DNA from: Nemertoderma westbladi
Lineage: Eukaryota > Animalia > Xenacoelomorpha
Direction of reading: 5' to 3'
NCBI GenBank assembly: GCA_032718475.1
Contig: JAUCBJ010001147.1
Location: 1-63,969 of the forward strand
DNA: 63,969 bases
In this document: positions 12,001 to 23,688 of the stretch, in pieces
Position numbering within the stretch: the first letter of the stretch is position 1
Layout of the letters: each line of letters starts with the position of its first letter
Translations under genes and position numbers: made by a program
Notes under the pieces: generated by a model
Databases searched by the model: none
What the model was told of the DNA's origin: nothing
Seen by the model: only the letters and a program-made list of their open reading frames with translations

Positions 12001-14658
12001 GGGTTTATGAGGGTCCTGAATCCGATGGAAACAATAAAAACAGCACTGGACATCGCAAACTTGTACTTTTTGGTGATGGGTACGAAATTTGGTGCTAGCA
12101 CCAAAATTTGTCAAATTACGCCGAAAAATACAAGTAGCAATGATCTAGCATATTTGAAATGCATTCCATTAGAATCAGCGCCCTAGAAAACCTAAAAATG
12201 TGAATTTATAGCATCGTATAAGTGAATTAAAAATTTTGTGTTCTAACTGAAAAGTGCTGGTTACTTGTTTTTTTCATTTTTTTCATACGCATAGAGGACT
12301 AAACAGCCATTTATGGTAATCATATCATTTTTAAATATTTTCCAATGTATTTTGCGCCCCATAAAACCTGTATTGAAAAACAATTAGCCGAAAAATGTAA
12401 CTTTCAAATTTTGTGAAAATTGTGCACTACTTGTAATTTTGGTGCTGCAATATTACCACTCCAGTCTTTTTTTTTCAAAATTTTTTTTTTCGGTCGGATC
12501 CAGACTAGTGATACCTACGTACAAACAAAAAATCAGACGTTTTCGTTAATATTTGTAGATTTTAGAGGGAGGGGTCAATATGACCCCCCCCCCGGTATTT
12601 GTACAGCATTTTATAGCCCGGTACTAATAGGGTTAAAGAAAAGCTTAAAAATTGATATGTGTCCAAGAAACGTAACTCAATTTTTTTAGAAGTGTTTTTA
12701 ATTGGGATAAATGCACTCAGTGAAATATATCGTTCTGTATTTCTCGGTATAACCTTTATATCCCAATCTGTGTATTTCTTATCTCTAAATCCGGTTTGTA
12801 ATATACAATGTATATCATAGTTGTTGGAATTGTGCCCGCAAAGTACATACAGGTATCGTTTCAATGATAAACTTCGGTTACAACTATTACAGGCTGCCGC
12901 AATATATTAACCTGTAATATGTGAATGATGTCTGTTTTTCCCAACATTATTATTTAAAGTAACATTACAATAGAAACAGAATTTTGCTTGTTCAAAATTT
13001 ACAAAATCAATATTAGTAAATGACATGGTTTTATGAGTGTATATGTCTGACCAACAACATAATTCAGTTAAATCAGTATATAATGAATCTAAGAAATCTT
13101 GAATACAATTATTATTATTATTTGTCTTTACAAATGTTTTCAAATGACATTTTGGTGGGTCAATTAATTCAGTATTGGGAACAATTAAATAACTCACAGC
13201 ACACGGTATATGCTCCTGTATAAATTGATTATTAACTGAAGGTTGTAAGATACATTCTATATCAAAGTAGGTGACAAACAATGGGGATAAGGTTCTATCT
13301 AAATTTGTAAAACTAATGTGTGTTCTTTTTTTATTAGGTAGTTTCTCGCGCTGACTTCTTCCTTGGTAGCATACGAGACGGTGTCGATGAAGAACTTCCG
13401 CTCAAAAAAATGAGCCAAGCACCTTTCACAAAATTGCCTACCTCGGGTATGAAGAGCTCTCGTATTCAGCAATCGATTCAAGTTAGTTATGCAAACATAA
13501 TGATTCAGTTTAGGTACATTGTTATTTTTTACTACAAGTAATATATTTAATAACTGTTTATCAGGTGTAATTTTACTAAACGGAGGTTGTCTTAATATAG
13601 ATACAGGAGTGTGTTTGTTGTCGTTATTCCAACATAGTAAATTAATTATATATTTTGAATTTTGTTTTTCAAAATGTTTAATCGCTAACTGCCACTCTGT
13701 TGGATAATCTTTGTTCCCATTGTCAAAAATGAAATGACTCATATAATTTTTGTACAATGAAGTATGGTTTTTGTTGTTTTTCACTTTGCTACCAAATTTT
13801 GCGGATATAATAGCCCATTTGAAACAATCATTATCAGCTGTTTGTATATTTATTGTATATTTTTTAGCTGATAAAGCCTTAGGTAATTCCATATATCCAT
13901 GCCCCTTATATAGTAACGACCTACACTTAGATTCAGCTAATTTAATTTCAACCCTTAATAAAGATTTAATACGCCACCCCGAACCACGTGTGTTAAAGAT
14001 GGCTATTTTTTGTAATATATTTCCCAGCACATACTCAAACCATGTGTCAAAACTTTGCGGCGAATCTACAGTATTAATAGCACCACCGGAAGAATTAAAA
14101 TAAAAGGTTTCCAATTGCTCGCCTTCTGAAAAATGTGATCTGTACATTAATACATTTAGACCTAACCACAGTCTAAGAACATTCATTTCTTTCAATCTAT
14201 CTAATATTAACTGAAGAATATTACCTCGAATTTGTGCTAATGCTGTTTCTACATCGGGATAATCTCTAGAAGTTGGGAGGTCATGGACATAAATTTCAAG
14301 ACGATTATCGTGAGCTTCTTGTTCCCGCGTAAAAATTGTTTTTTCTGGATATTATATTTTTATGTTACGGAAATTTACGCTTTCTTGTGTAGTAACATTT
14401 CAAATGACAGTCGTGTCGTATATAATTCTCATATGTATACTCTTTATTACAGGTAGAACAAGTCAATTGATAGGTGCGGAACTCCATTTCTTTACAACCA
14501 GTAGTTGATTCATGTCGTTTACAAATTTCGCTGCATGAAGTCATGACATGACACTTAAAACAAGAATAACCTTCAAAATGTGACCGTAGGTGGCGTAAGT
14601 AATTATGTCTAGTTACATTCATATGACAGAATGAACAACATATTGTTATTTTATCCAT
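9069..14658 (-). pseudogene. Protein-primed family B DNA polymerase (pPolB) with N-terminal zinc fingers and EndoVII-like Zn module; disrupted
   Basis: GSGW, CFKWA, HY..I.NLNRLL, CERCL, ExoI YFDIE, CFYC...HHSHITG*YIAAACNSCN, ExoII HNSNNYDIH, RKGVFPYEY, ExoIII YLKLDV, DFNSLY, KLLNNSLFGK, SDTDS, PKLY, AKGI. Lesions: frameshifts at ~14350 and ~13405, an in-frame TAA at 12907, and the MITE at 11079-12632. Confidence 0.9.
11079..12632. mobile_element. piggyBac-type non-autonomous element (TTAA TSD)
   Basis: TTAA at 11075-11078 and 12633-12636. TIR ccctatta(aac/gta)ccggg, subterminal ggggtcaatatgacccc palindromes and internal ~150-bp degenerate repeats. Excision gives in-frame FLDTYQFLSFSLSNLVEC. 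Confidence 0.9.
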
Positions 14659-14857
14659 GTTGAAGTTTGTTTAGATAAATAATAATAATAATAATAATAA
14701 TAAAATATGTCCAAAGATTAAAATAAAATGAAATGATATGATATTGACTATATCTAAACATTTATATGCTAGCGAGGGAAATAATTTTAAACCAATCACC
14801 AATCACCAATCGCTTATGACTATTGGAAACCGCAAAGAGTTTAACTTATGATTAGGT

Positions 14858-15922
14858 TTACATATTAGGATAATAATCAGGTTTCCATGGAGAATTAGTA
14901 ACAGGCTCTACTAGAACTGGGTTACTGACAACTTTCTGTTTCTTTGCAGGTGATGCGTTGGTAAATTTACTCGATGATCTTGGCTTCCGAGGTAATATTT
15001 CAGGAAAGACCTGTTGCGGTTGAGAGCAACTCTCTTCAACATCCGGATTAGGTGATGGGATCTCTACGAACGCTTTAGGTTTATCCAAAAGGACAAAACC
15101 GTCAACATGGGCTTCAGTAAGAGAAACGCCATCCATCGATTCTTTGAGAAAACTAATATGGGCTTTATCATTCAAGTAATGCAACTCAATAGAATTTCAG
15201 CCGGCACCTACTTCAGTAGAATTATCGGTGTTGGTGATAATAATTTTTTTATTATTGGTTTTAATCATTTTGAGCCGGTCTGATAATTGAATGATATTTT
15301 TATCAAAAAGATGCTTGTCTGTTTCATCGACTTGGTTGTCCCACTCTCGCAACAAAACGGTTAGTTCCTGTTTTGACAAATTGAAACCCGTATAATAGTT
15401 AAAACCAACACTATCAGCGTATCTGAGGCTGATTTTCCATAAGCCAACATAGTTGGTTCCTTTAAAAGCTGTTACAAATCCAATAAACTCTGGATTTGAT
15501 AATTCAATGTAGAATTGATCGCTAATAATCTCTAGCGGTGGAGAGAGAAATTGCAATAATTTCCCTCTGTATTGAATTAGAAGTTCAGTAAAAGCTTTGT
15601 TGAGAACTTTACATTTGCCTTGTTTCTGAACGTAAACATCACCCGATGTGGGGTTGATGGAAATATTCAAATTTCCCCGCGCAAAACAAAGAGTTGGATA
15701 TATCCTACCTGGTATAATTGCTGGTCTGGATTGATGTTGGTTGTTGTTGGTTGTTTCTAGAATGTCTAACAAATAGCGGGTATCTTGATGGGAAAAACAA
15801 ATTGATTCGTTGTCCTCATGAGATTCCACAATAAAATACTTGCTGTGAACGACGGTACAAGTATATTTATTGTAAGTACATTTCCAGCTATTTGTTAATC
15901 CGGTTTTTTGCATTAAGGCCAT
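14858..15922 (-). pseudogene. Protein with PC4/Sub1-like ssDNA-binding domain (one in-frame TGA at 15197)
   Basis: FVTAFKGTNYVGLWK...TGFNLSKQELTVL resembles PC4 (V..FKGK.YIDIR...KGISL..EQW..L). ORF 14858..15184 is in the same frame four codons after the stop. The C-terminal PAKKQK is NLS-like. Confidence 0.55.
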
Positions 15923-15994
15923 AATAATAATAAATACGAAAAATATTACAAGTGATAAATTTTAAACCGTATCGCTGTAATAAATTGACACCAT

Positions 15995-16243
15995 AGTTCT
16001 CACTCTAAAATTGTGTTGGTCGGAAGACGACGCCTGATAAAAATGATGCTGAGTTCGACATTAGGTATCGACTCAAAAACAAAAATCGGGTGAGACACGT
16101 AGCTCAGATTTTCGTTTTTAGGTCGATACCCAATGCTGGAATCAGTATCATTTTATGTGGTGTCGTTTTCCGACCAACGAATATACAACGAGTAAGATAA
16201 TGTAGAAATTATTAAGGAAATAACACAATTTCAGAGTGAGAAC
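15995..16243. repeat. Long imperfect inverted repeat (hairpin)
   Basis: gttggtcggaagacgacgcc...aaaaatc pairs with gattttcg...gtcgttttccgaccaac. An outer gttctcactct/agagtgagaac pair is also present. Confidence 0.8.
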
Positions 16244-16393
16244 AAAAAATGAGATACGGTATCAATATATTACCATGAAGATTACAAGTGATGAATTTTA
16301 AAAAAAAACATTCAGTTATATAAGTTTCTGAATACGTGATGTGGCATAGTCAACGTAGAAGAGATGGGATGTGGCATAATGGACGAATAAGAA

Positions 16394-16522
16394 AAGAGAT
16401 GGATTGCAATGTGGATAGGAAATACGTGAAAGAATATGAATCATAGGGTTGTGTGTATTACACACAACCCTATGATTCATATTCTTTCACGTATTTCCTA
16501 TCCACATTGCAATCCATCTCTT
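16394..16522. repeat. Perfect palindrome, 64-bp arms, 1-nt centre (16458)
   Basis: aagagatggattgcaatgtgg...gttgtgtgta T tacacacaac...ccacattgcaatccatctctt. Confidence 0.95.
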
Positions 16523-17076
16523 ATCTCTTATCTCATCATACACACTGTGTAATAATAATCAATAATTATAATAAAAACGCACAGTATAATGTTAGTAGTA
16601 GTAGCCTTTCAATATGGCACAGATGCTGAGGGATCGGTTAGCTTGAGTAACTACTATGGAAATGCTCGTATACGTGTAGTTGACACGAGGCGGAATTTCA
16701 TGCACATGTATCATACTGAGTGGTTGGTTTGTTGGTTTGGCTACGGCTGTCGTGGAGTTGGCAATCGATATGCGATGCGAGTAGTTGGTAGCCACGTCGT
16801 CGTTGTCGCCATCATATACAGTATACAGCGGTGGTGGTGGTGGTGATGACGTGGTGAAAAGGTGAATAACATTAGGGTTAGTAGTTAGTTAGTTAGGCTA
16901 CGCTACGCTACGATTGGTTGATGGCAACTGCCTATCGATGGATGGTGACAGATGTGGCGCGCACCGCAATTTAGCACCGGAATTTGGCATTTTTTAATAG
17001 CCCTCCGAATGGAATGTGCATAGCCCAGGCTTAGGGAGGACTATGGTGGGGGCCATGCTTTATCTACTACTATCGT

Positions 17077-17581
17077 TGTGTAAGCTTATAGAGGTGTAAG
17101 CTGAAAGCTTATAATGGTGTGAGTTTTTAATTGTGTAAGTTTAAAATTGTGTAAGCTTGTAATGGCATAAGCTTATAATAGTGTGAGTTTTTTTTAATTG
17201 TGTAAGCTTGTAATGACATAAGCTTATAGTGGTGTGAGTTTTTAATTGTGTAAGCTTGTAATGGTATAGGCTTATAATGGTGTAAGCTTATAATGGTGTA
17301 AGCTTATAATTGTGTAGGCTTATAATGGTGAGAGTTCTTAATTGTGTAAGCTTGTAATGGTATAGGCTTATAATGGTGTAAGCGTATAATGGTGTAAGTT
17401 TATAATGGTGCAGCTTATAATGGTGTAAGTTCATAATAGTGTAAGCTTATAATGGAGTGAGTTTTTAATTGTGTAAACATATAATTGTGTAAGCTTATAG
17501 AGGTGTAAGCTTATAATGGTGTGAGTTTTTAATTGTGTAAGCTTATAATGGTGTGAGATTTTGATTGTGTAAGCTTATAAT
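17077..17581. repeat. Minisatellite, ~16-bp unit gtgtaagcttataatg
   Basis: About 30 degenerate tandem copies. Confidence 0.9.
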
Positions 17582-17623
17582 TTTAATTAATATAATCCAA
17601 ATATATAAATAAACATTAAACAG

Positions 17624-18252
17624 GTAATATTGCCTTATCCAAATCAACTGGACAGAGTTCAACATGGTATGGGGGCGTGTCGTCTAGAGCCGTAGATGGA
17701 ATCACCAATGTCGACTGGTATGAAATGTCTTGCACTCACACAGGATGGGATGGACCACACTGGTTATATGTTGACCTACAAATTATCACCCCAATTAGTA
17801 AGGTTCTTATTTACAACAGAAAGGATTGCTGTGGTTCCAGGATTATTGGGGCCAAGGTTGGTAACTAATACAACTGGAATGTAACATTTCTTATTTGGTG
17901 TGCTAAAACCTACTGTTTAGAGCGACAGTTTTATTTAGGTACACCGTTTTGTGTCTTAATTCGAGTAGTGGAGTGCGCCTGTTATTTATACTCTGTTAAC
18001 ACCTATTATCACAGTATTAACTCAACCACAATATAATTTTTTCAGATTTACGTTGTAAATGACAATAGTACATCCTTCCTGAATTCGTTGGGAACCAGTA
18101 ATGAAGTCCACTGCGGCGATCCATTAGTTGACGCACCTGTGAATAACATTGATTGTGACGGAAAGAACGGCAGATATGTCGTGGTATTCAGCAGTAGAAA
18201 TGATCATCTAACCATATGTGAATTGGAAGTATTCGCGAAATACAATGATTAA
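17624..18252 (+). CDS. F-type lectin (fucolectin/FTP domain); exons 17624-17856 and 18046-18252, upstream exon not seen
   Basis: NIALSKSTGQSS...SSRAVDG...CTHT...W.YVDL...NRKDCCGSR gives an exact HX26RXDX4R fucose-binding motif. A GT-AG intron lies at 17857-18045. Exon 2 ends GRYVVV...LTICELEVF. aataaa at ~18437. Confidence 0.9.
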
Positions 18253-18789
18253 TAAGATAGTTTGCAGTGGATTTTATTGTGTAAAGTTGAAAAAACCATA
18301 GTTGGGCCATTCCACGAGTGAAGTGCTTTATTTTGCAGGTATTGGAGCAAGTTGACCGCAAGTGAAATAGAGTTTTATTTATTGATTTTGTTATAAACAC
18401 CATTATGTAAGCCGCTCTTTTCCATTAATGTTTTAAAATAAATTAGAAAAATTAATAGCGGTTTTCAATACCATTGTAATTATGATGGTATACATTTATT
18501 TGTAATAATCCCAAAAAATCCAGCTATACATCAATAATTATTCCTGGCTTGGCCTCCTGAGAATGCCTTCAGTTGCGGGGCGAAACCTACCGATCAGCTG
18601 GCTGCCGTCAGCTGATCACTGATTGCATGCAACGTCTAGGTCTTGTTGCTTTTTAGTTTTTTACATACTTTGGCACTGACATACCTACCGATAAGGTTTT
18701 TACTTAACGTGCTTGATTAATAAATAAAATACAATTAACTCAATAATTATTATTGGTCAATGTGAAGTACAGTATACTAGATTTTTAAT

Positions 18790-18960
18790 GTTATGTTTCA
18801 GTTTGCAGTTTACCCCCATGTGAAGAATACAAGGTTTTCACTAAAACAGGAGGTTACAGAAGGGATCTAACCAAAACAATAAACAAATTAGTATGTGTAC
18901 AGAATGTAAGATAGAAATTAGCGCTATAAAACAATTGAAAAATATTAAAAATACAAATTC
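18790..18960 (+). repeat. Dispersed repeat family copy
   Basis: ttgcagtttacccccatgtgaagaatac...ctaaccaaaacaataaacaaattagtat recurs at ~51575-51790 (+) and ~55200-55340 (-). Confidence 0.75.
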
Positions 18961-19026
18961 ATCTTTTATAAAATTCCAATCAAATTTCCTTGATGAAAAT
19001 GTATTATTATTATATAATTGAGTGTT

Positions 19027-19620
19027 TTATGTGTTAGAATCTCGGGACTCGACTGATGGGATTTCGCTGACCGAGGAGTTGACAATAAACTTGCAGTTGG
19101 CGTCGTCTTCTGCGGAGAGCAGGAGGACGTCGGACTGGGGGCCGTGGCGTGGAGCATCCGCGATTAGGTGTTTCTGGTGTCTCGCTGTTAGGTTGTAGTG
19201 TGACAGCAGGGTTTTGAGTTTGAGCAGGTGGTTGTTGCTCACCTGATCCAGACGGCGGTCGTTGAGGATGGGGATCAATGGGCTGCAGTCTGTGACTAAC
19301 TCAAAGTGCCGCAACCCGTCGATAAAGTGGCGGAACTTGTGGGCCCCCCAGGCCGGACCAAGGGCCTCCAGTTTGGCCATCCCCGACAATTTGGCCTCGT
19401 GCTTAGCGAGGGTCTGGGAGCCGCACTGGACGGTGAGCCAGTGGTTGGAGTTCGGGTACCACAGGAGGTGGAGAAACCCGAGGCCGTTGATACGCGATAC
19501 GTCCATGAGAAGTTCTGTCTGGTGGTCGGGATGGAATCCAGAGAGGTAATGGGGGCTGGACAAAGCTGCCCGGGTTGTCTTGAACGCCGCCTGGTGTTAG
19601 GGCAACCACAGCCACGCTGA
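19027..19620 (-). pseudogene. Ty3/Gypsy pol fragment (RNase H)
   Basis: LLMDVSRINGLGF, LEALGPAWGAHKFRHFIDGLRHFELVTDCSPL and HLIADA. GC-rich island. Confidence 0.8.
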
Positions 19621-20042
19621 GTGGCTTGTTAAAGCTTTTGCGGCAAAAATGTGTCGTTTTTGCACAATGCGCTGGTTACTCTAAACCTTGACAGTTCTTA
19701 AGAACTTTGATATTTTATAAACTGACATAAACTCACTCCATCCAGCGTTTATTTTAAGTATAGAGCTTTGTCGATCGCTCTTGGAGAAAAACAGCTGCTT
19801 AGTTTACGAAATTACCAGCCATTGGACAGTATTTCTCTTTGTCCCCTTGCTTCTGTGTTATTTACCATCCAATCAGTATACTTTCCACTCTACGTCACGC
19901 CATAGACTGAATTACCGAATCCCTGGGTTACGGACGGATGGCATGGTTACTGATTCCTGATTGGAGTTCTACCCGATTCCATGGATTCTATGACATTCGA
20001 TGGTGATTCATCCCTTGTTGACTACTTCAGGCAGGGATTGCT

Positions 20043-22875
20043 GGGTTATTCTCACAAAAAGTGGCCAAAATTTTGAGAAAAAATTGTCAAATTTTTTTTG
20101 TCAAAACCACATAAATATATACATATTTCCAGAGCTCTCGATGAGGCGATTTCGAATACACTAGTGGGCCGTTTTTTTAGTAAAGTCGTAAGGTTTTATT
20201 CGTGAAAAACTAATGTCCACAATGTAACATTTTGTCCCTGGTGTAACGCCACTTGTTAGCCAATCAGCAGCCTTCATTTCACAAAACGCCCACAATCTAA
20301 CTCGTTGTCTTGAATGTAACGCTACTTGTTAGCCAATCAGTATCCAGGATTTGACATTTAAAATATATACCAGAAATTCAACAGTCAATTTAATGTCATG
20401 TACGGATTTATTTTATATTTATACGGGTTTTTTGCGGATTTATTTATCGACCCAATGGCTGAAAATAATATTTTTCAAATCAGCAAATTATTTAGTTTGT
20501 ATTATTGTATACATACAATATGAATATACATATTATTGTAACAATAATTGTCCAAAATAGTTAACGGAATCCTTAAAACCACCACTAACTTAATCTCTAA
20601 GTTCTTCACGTGTAACGCCATCACTAACTTAATCTCTAAGTCCTTCACGTGTAACTAAGTCCTTCACGTGTAACGCCATCACTAACTTAATCTCTAAGTC
20701 CTTCACGTGTAACGCCATCCCATCACTAACATAATCTCTAAGCCCTTCACGTGTAACTAAGTCCTTCACGTGTAACGCCATCACTAACTTAATCTCTAAG
20801 TCCTTCACGTGTAACGCCACCACTAACTTAATCTCTAAGTCCTTCACGTCTAACTAAGTCCTTCACGTGTAACGCCATCACTAACTTAATCTCTAAGTCC
20901 TTCACGTGTAACACCATCCCATCACTAACGTAATCTCTAAGTCCTTCACGTGTAACGCCATCACTAACTTAATCTCTAAGTCCTTCACGTGTAACGCCAT
21001 CACTAACTTAATCTCTAAGTCCTTCACGTGTAACGCCACCACTAACTTAATCTCTAAGTCCTTCACGTCTAACTAAGTCCTTCACGTGTAACGCCATCAC
21101 TAACTTAATCTCTAAGTCCTTCACGTGTAACGCCATCACTAACTTAATCTCTAAGTCCTTCACGTGTAACGCCATCACTAACTTAATCTCTAAGTCCTTC
21201 ACGTGTAACGCCATCCCATCACTAACGTAATCTCTAAGTCCTTCACGTGTAACTAAGTCCTTCACGTGTAACGCCATCACTAACTTAATCTCTAAGTCCT
21301 TCACGTGTAACGCCACCACTAACTTAATCTCTAAGTCCTTCACGTGTAACACCATCCCATCACTAACGTAATCTCTAAGTCCTTCACGTGTAACGCCATC
21401 ACTAACTTAATCTCTAAGTCCTTCACGTGTAACGCCATCCCTAACTTAATCTCTAAGTCCTTCACGTGTAACGCCATCACTAACTTAATCTCTAAGTCCT
21501 TCACGTGTAACGCCATCCCATCACTAACGTAATCTCTAAGTCCTTCACGTGTAACTAAGTCCTTCACGTGTAACGCCATCACTAACTTAATCTCTAAGTC
21601 CTTCACGTGTAACGCCATCACTAACTTAATATGTAAGTCCTTCACGTGTAACGCCATCCCATCACTTACTTAATCTCTATGTCCTTCACGTGTAACACCA
21701 TCACTAAATTCAATCGAGAAGTTCTTACCAGACACAACACGCTTAATTCCGTTTGACAATTGTAATTGCATGACGTTGACTTTAAGAAGTACTGTTTTAG
21801 AACCGAAATAAAGAAAGGTAAACAAATTCATAAGCTTTTCCTAAACCCTTTAGGTAGTTAGTACTAAGTAATACAGACTACAACAGATAATATTACTACT
21901 GTACTACAGTAGTTTATACTAAATACTGAAAACCAGAAACCATCGACTATTGTTAAATTGACCCTGACTGCCTAATTAGTAAAAAGAGACGCCACTCGTA
22001 CTGCTAGGTATGTTCAGGCCCAACTACGTTACATGGTGGACATGTCTCAAGTGTAACGCTATTGATTGTGACAGCGTTACATGCGTTACATGATGGACAT
22101 TGAAGACATTTTTCATTAGCATGGCGTTGACTATACTGTAGTCTGTTTTGAAACTATATTAAAATCAAATATGTGATTCGATAGATCTGCGATTGCTCTT
22201 TCATATGAGGCCTGAATGGTGTCGATATGATTAGTAAAGCAAAAGTTATCGCTATTCAAAGTAGCGTTACATTGAGGACATTCCTAATGACGGTATTTTA
22301 TGTGGATTTACGTTTTCGCACAATGCTCGAGTTCTAATGAACGAATTCTTATAATTTTTTTACCTGCTGATAGCTAAATAAATCGCCGTTTAGAAATATC
22401 TCACTTGGAGATGTTGTGAATAAATATAAAAAAACCATGTCATAAAAACGAGCGTTACATGGTGGACAAAGTCCTAGTGACGGCGTAATTAATTGTTAGT
22501 AAATAGTAAATATATAAAATGGGAGTAGCTTCGGTTGAAAACCACCAATAGTATGTGAAAGAGCATTAAATTTGCTTTATTTTGATGTATGGTATGTGGA
22601 ACCTTTGCTTTCATTGCTTTAGCTCAGAAGCCAAATATTTCAAAATAATTCAATGTGACATTTCAAAAAACATGCATTTTCGATATTTGAAATGGTGTCA
22701 TTCTCTAGGTTGTGAATGGAATCTGTTGAAAATTTGCTGAAATATGAGCAGATTTCCGCTCTTCCGATTGGTATATACGTTCATGGGGTTAAATCTGTGT
22801 CGTTAGGAAATATAACCGTGCGAATGCATGGACATTTTGACATAAAAGTTTGGCCATTTTTTGTGAGAACGACCC
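20043..22875. mobile_element. Non-autonomous DNA transposon with ~32-bp TIRs and internal minisatellite
   Basis: gggttattctcacaaaaagtggccaaaatttt matches aaaagtttggccattttttgtgagaacgaccc. Flanks are tgct/tgca. gtcc...tgtaacgc motifs are forward in the left half and inverted in the right half. Confidence 0.75.
20580..21708. repeat. 39-bp minisatellite with 44-bp and ~20-bp variants
   Basis: Unit actaacttaatctctaagtccttcacgtgtaacgccatc, ~30 copies, no spacers. Confidence 0.95.
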
Positions 22876-23688
22876 TGCAGCAATTCCTTCTGTGAGTGTG
22901 TATACACTTCCTGAGACTTTCTGATTTTGCCCAGAAAATCAGCGGCCAGAGAGATCACAGAACGCAAATCTATTAACTTGACACTCACGTTTATACAATT
23001 CATACCATACTTTCATACTATTACAACACTTCCTGACTTTCTGATGTCTGACTGCTGACATTGCCGCACCGCATCCCATGTACTGTTTTTATGCTGTTAT
23101 AATATATTGTGGTTTGTAACATATTTTATTAATGCTAATATTGGGAGAATATTTACGAATAACCGGTAACTCTCTGGGCTTTCTTGATCATTGAGGTAAG
23201 CGGAGGGGAATACTATTCACAATTTCCTAGCTCAAGTAACAGTGGTTTGTATGAGTTTCTCCTTATATGCGAGTAAAATTGGTGACAGTTGGCAAATTAG
23301 TGTGTTTCAGTACTATTGTCAGTTGTGTGAGTATTTCCGAGTAATAATACATTTCTAAAGAATGTAAACATTTGCGTTATCTCATGACCATCTGTGGAAT
23401 TTAGTATAAGTCACAACTCTGCGTGGTATTTAAAGCGCAGCACCTGAAAGGAACTGTTGGTATTTCACTGAAAATAAACATAGCTTTTGGAGATTATATA
23501 GAAGAAAGCAATTGAATAATACAAAGTATCCTACATCTCTCTCTGCCATAGAATCCAATCTCCCACATCCAGTGGGTCATACGCCGCGCTAGATTATATT
23601 ACACATACATCGCGCTACATTATAAGACAAATAAATTAGCAGATTAAACTGTTAATGGTCTAAAAGCGCAAACATTAATAGATTTACA

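Larger units (their letters stand above)
6400..17071 (-). mobile_element. Degraded Polinton/adintovirus-like endogenous element (pPolB + TBP-like + PC4-like)
   Basis: Compact, co-oriented, intronless ORF cluster around a protein-primed PolB. The right end is tctactact (17063-17071), resembling Polinton AGTAGT termini. The left boundary is uncertain. No capsid, ATPase or integrase was recognised. Confidence 0.65.

Noticed and set aside
20580-21708. CRISPR array or repeat protein (MALHVKDLEIKLV)n
   Set aside because: Units are contiguous with no unique spacers and no cas genes. The ORFs result from a 39-bp unit length.
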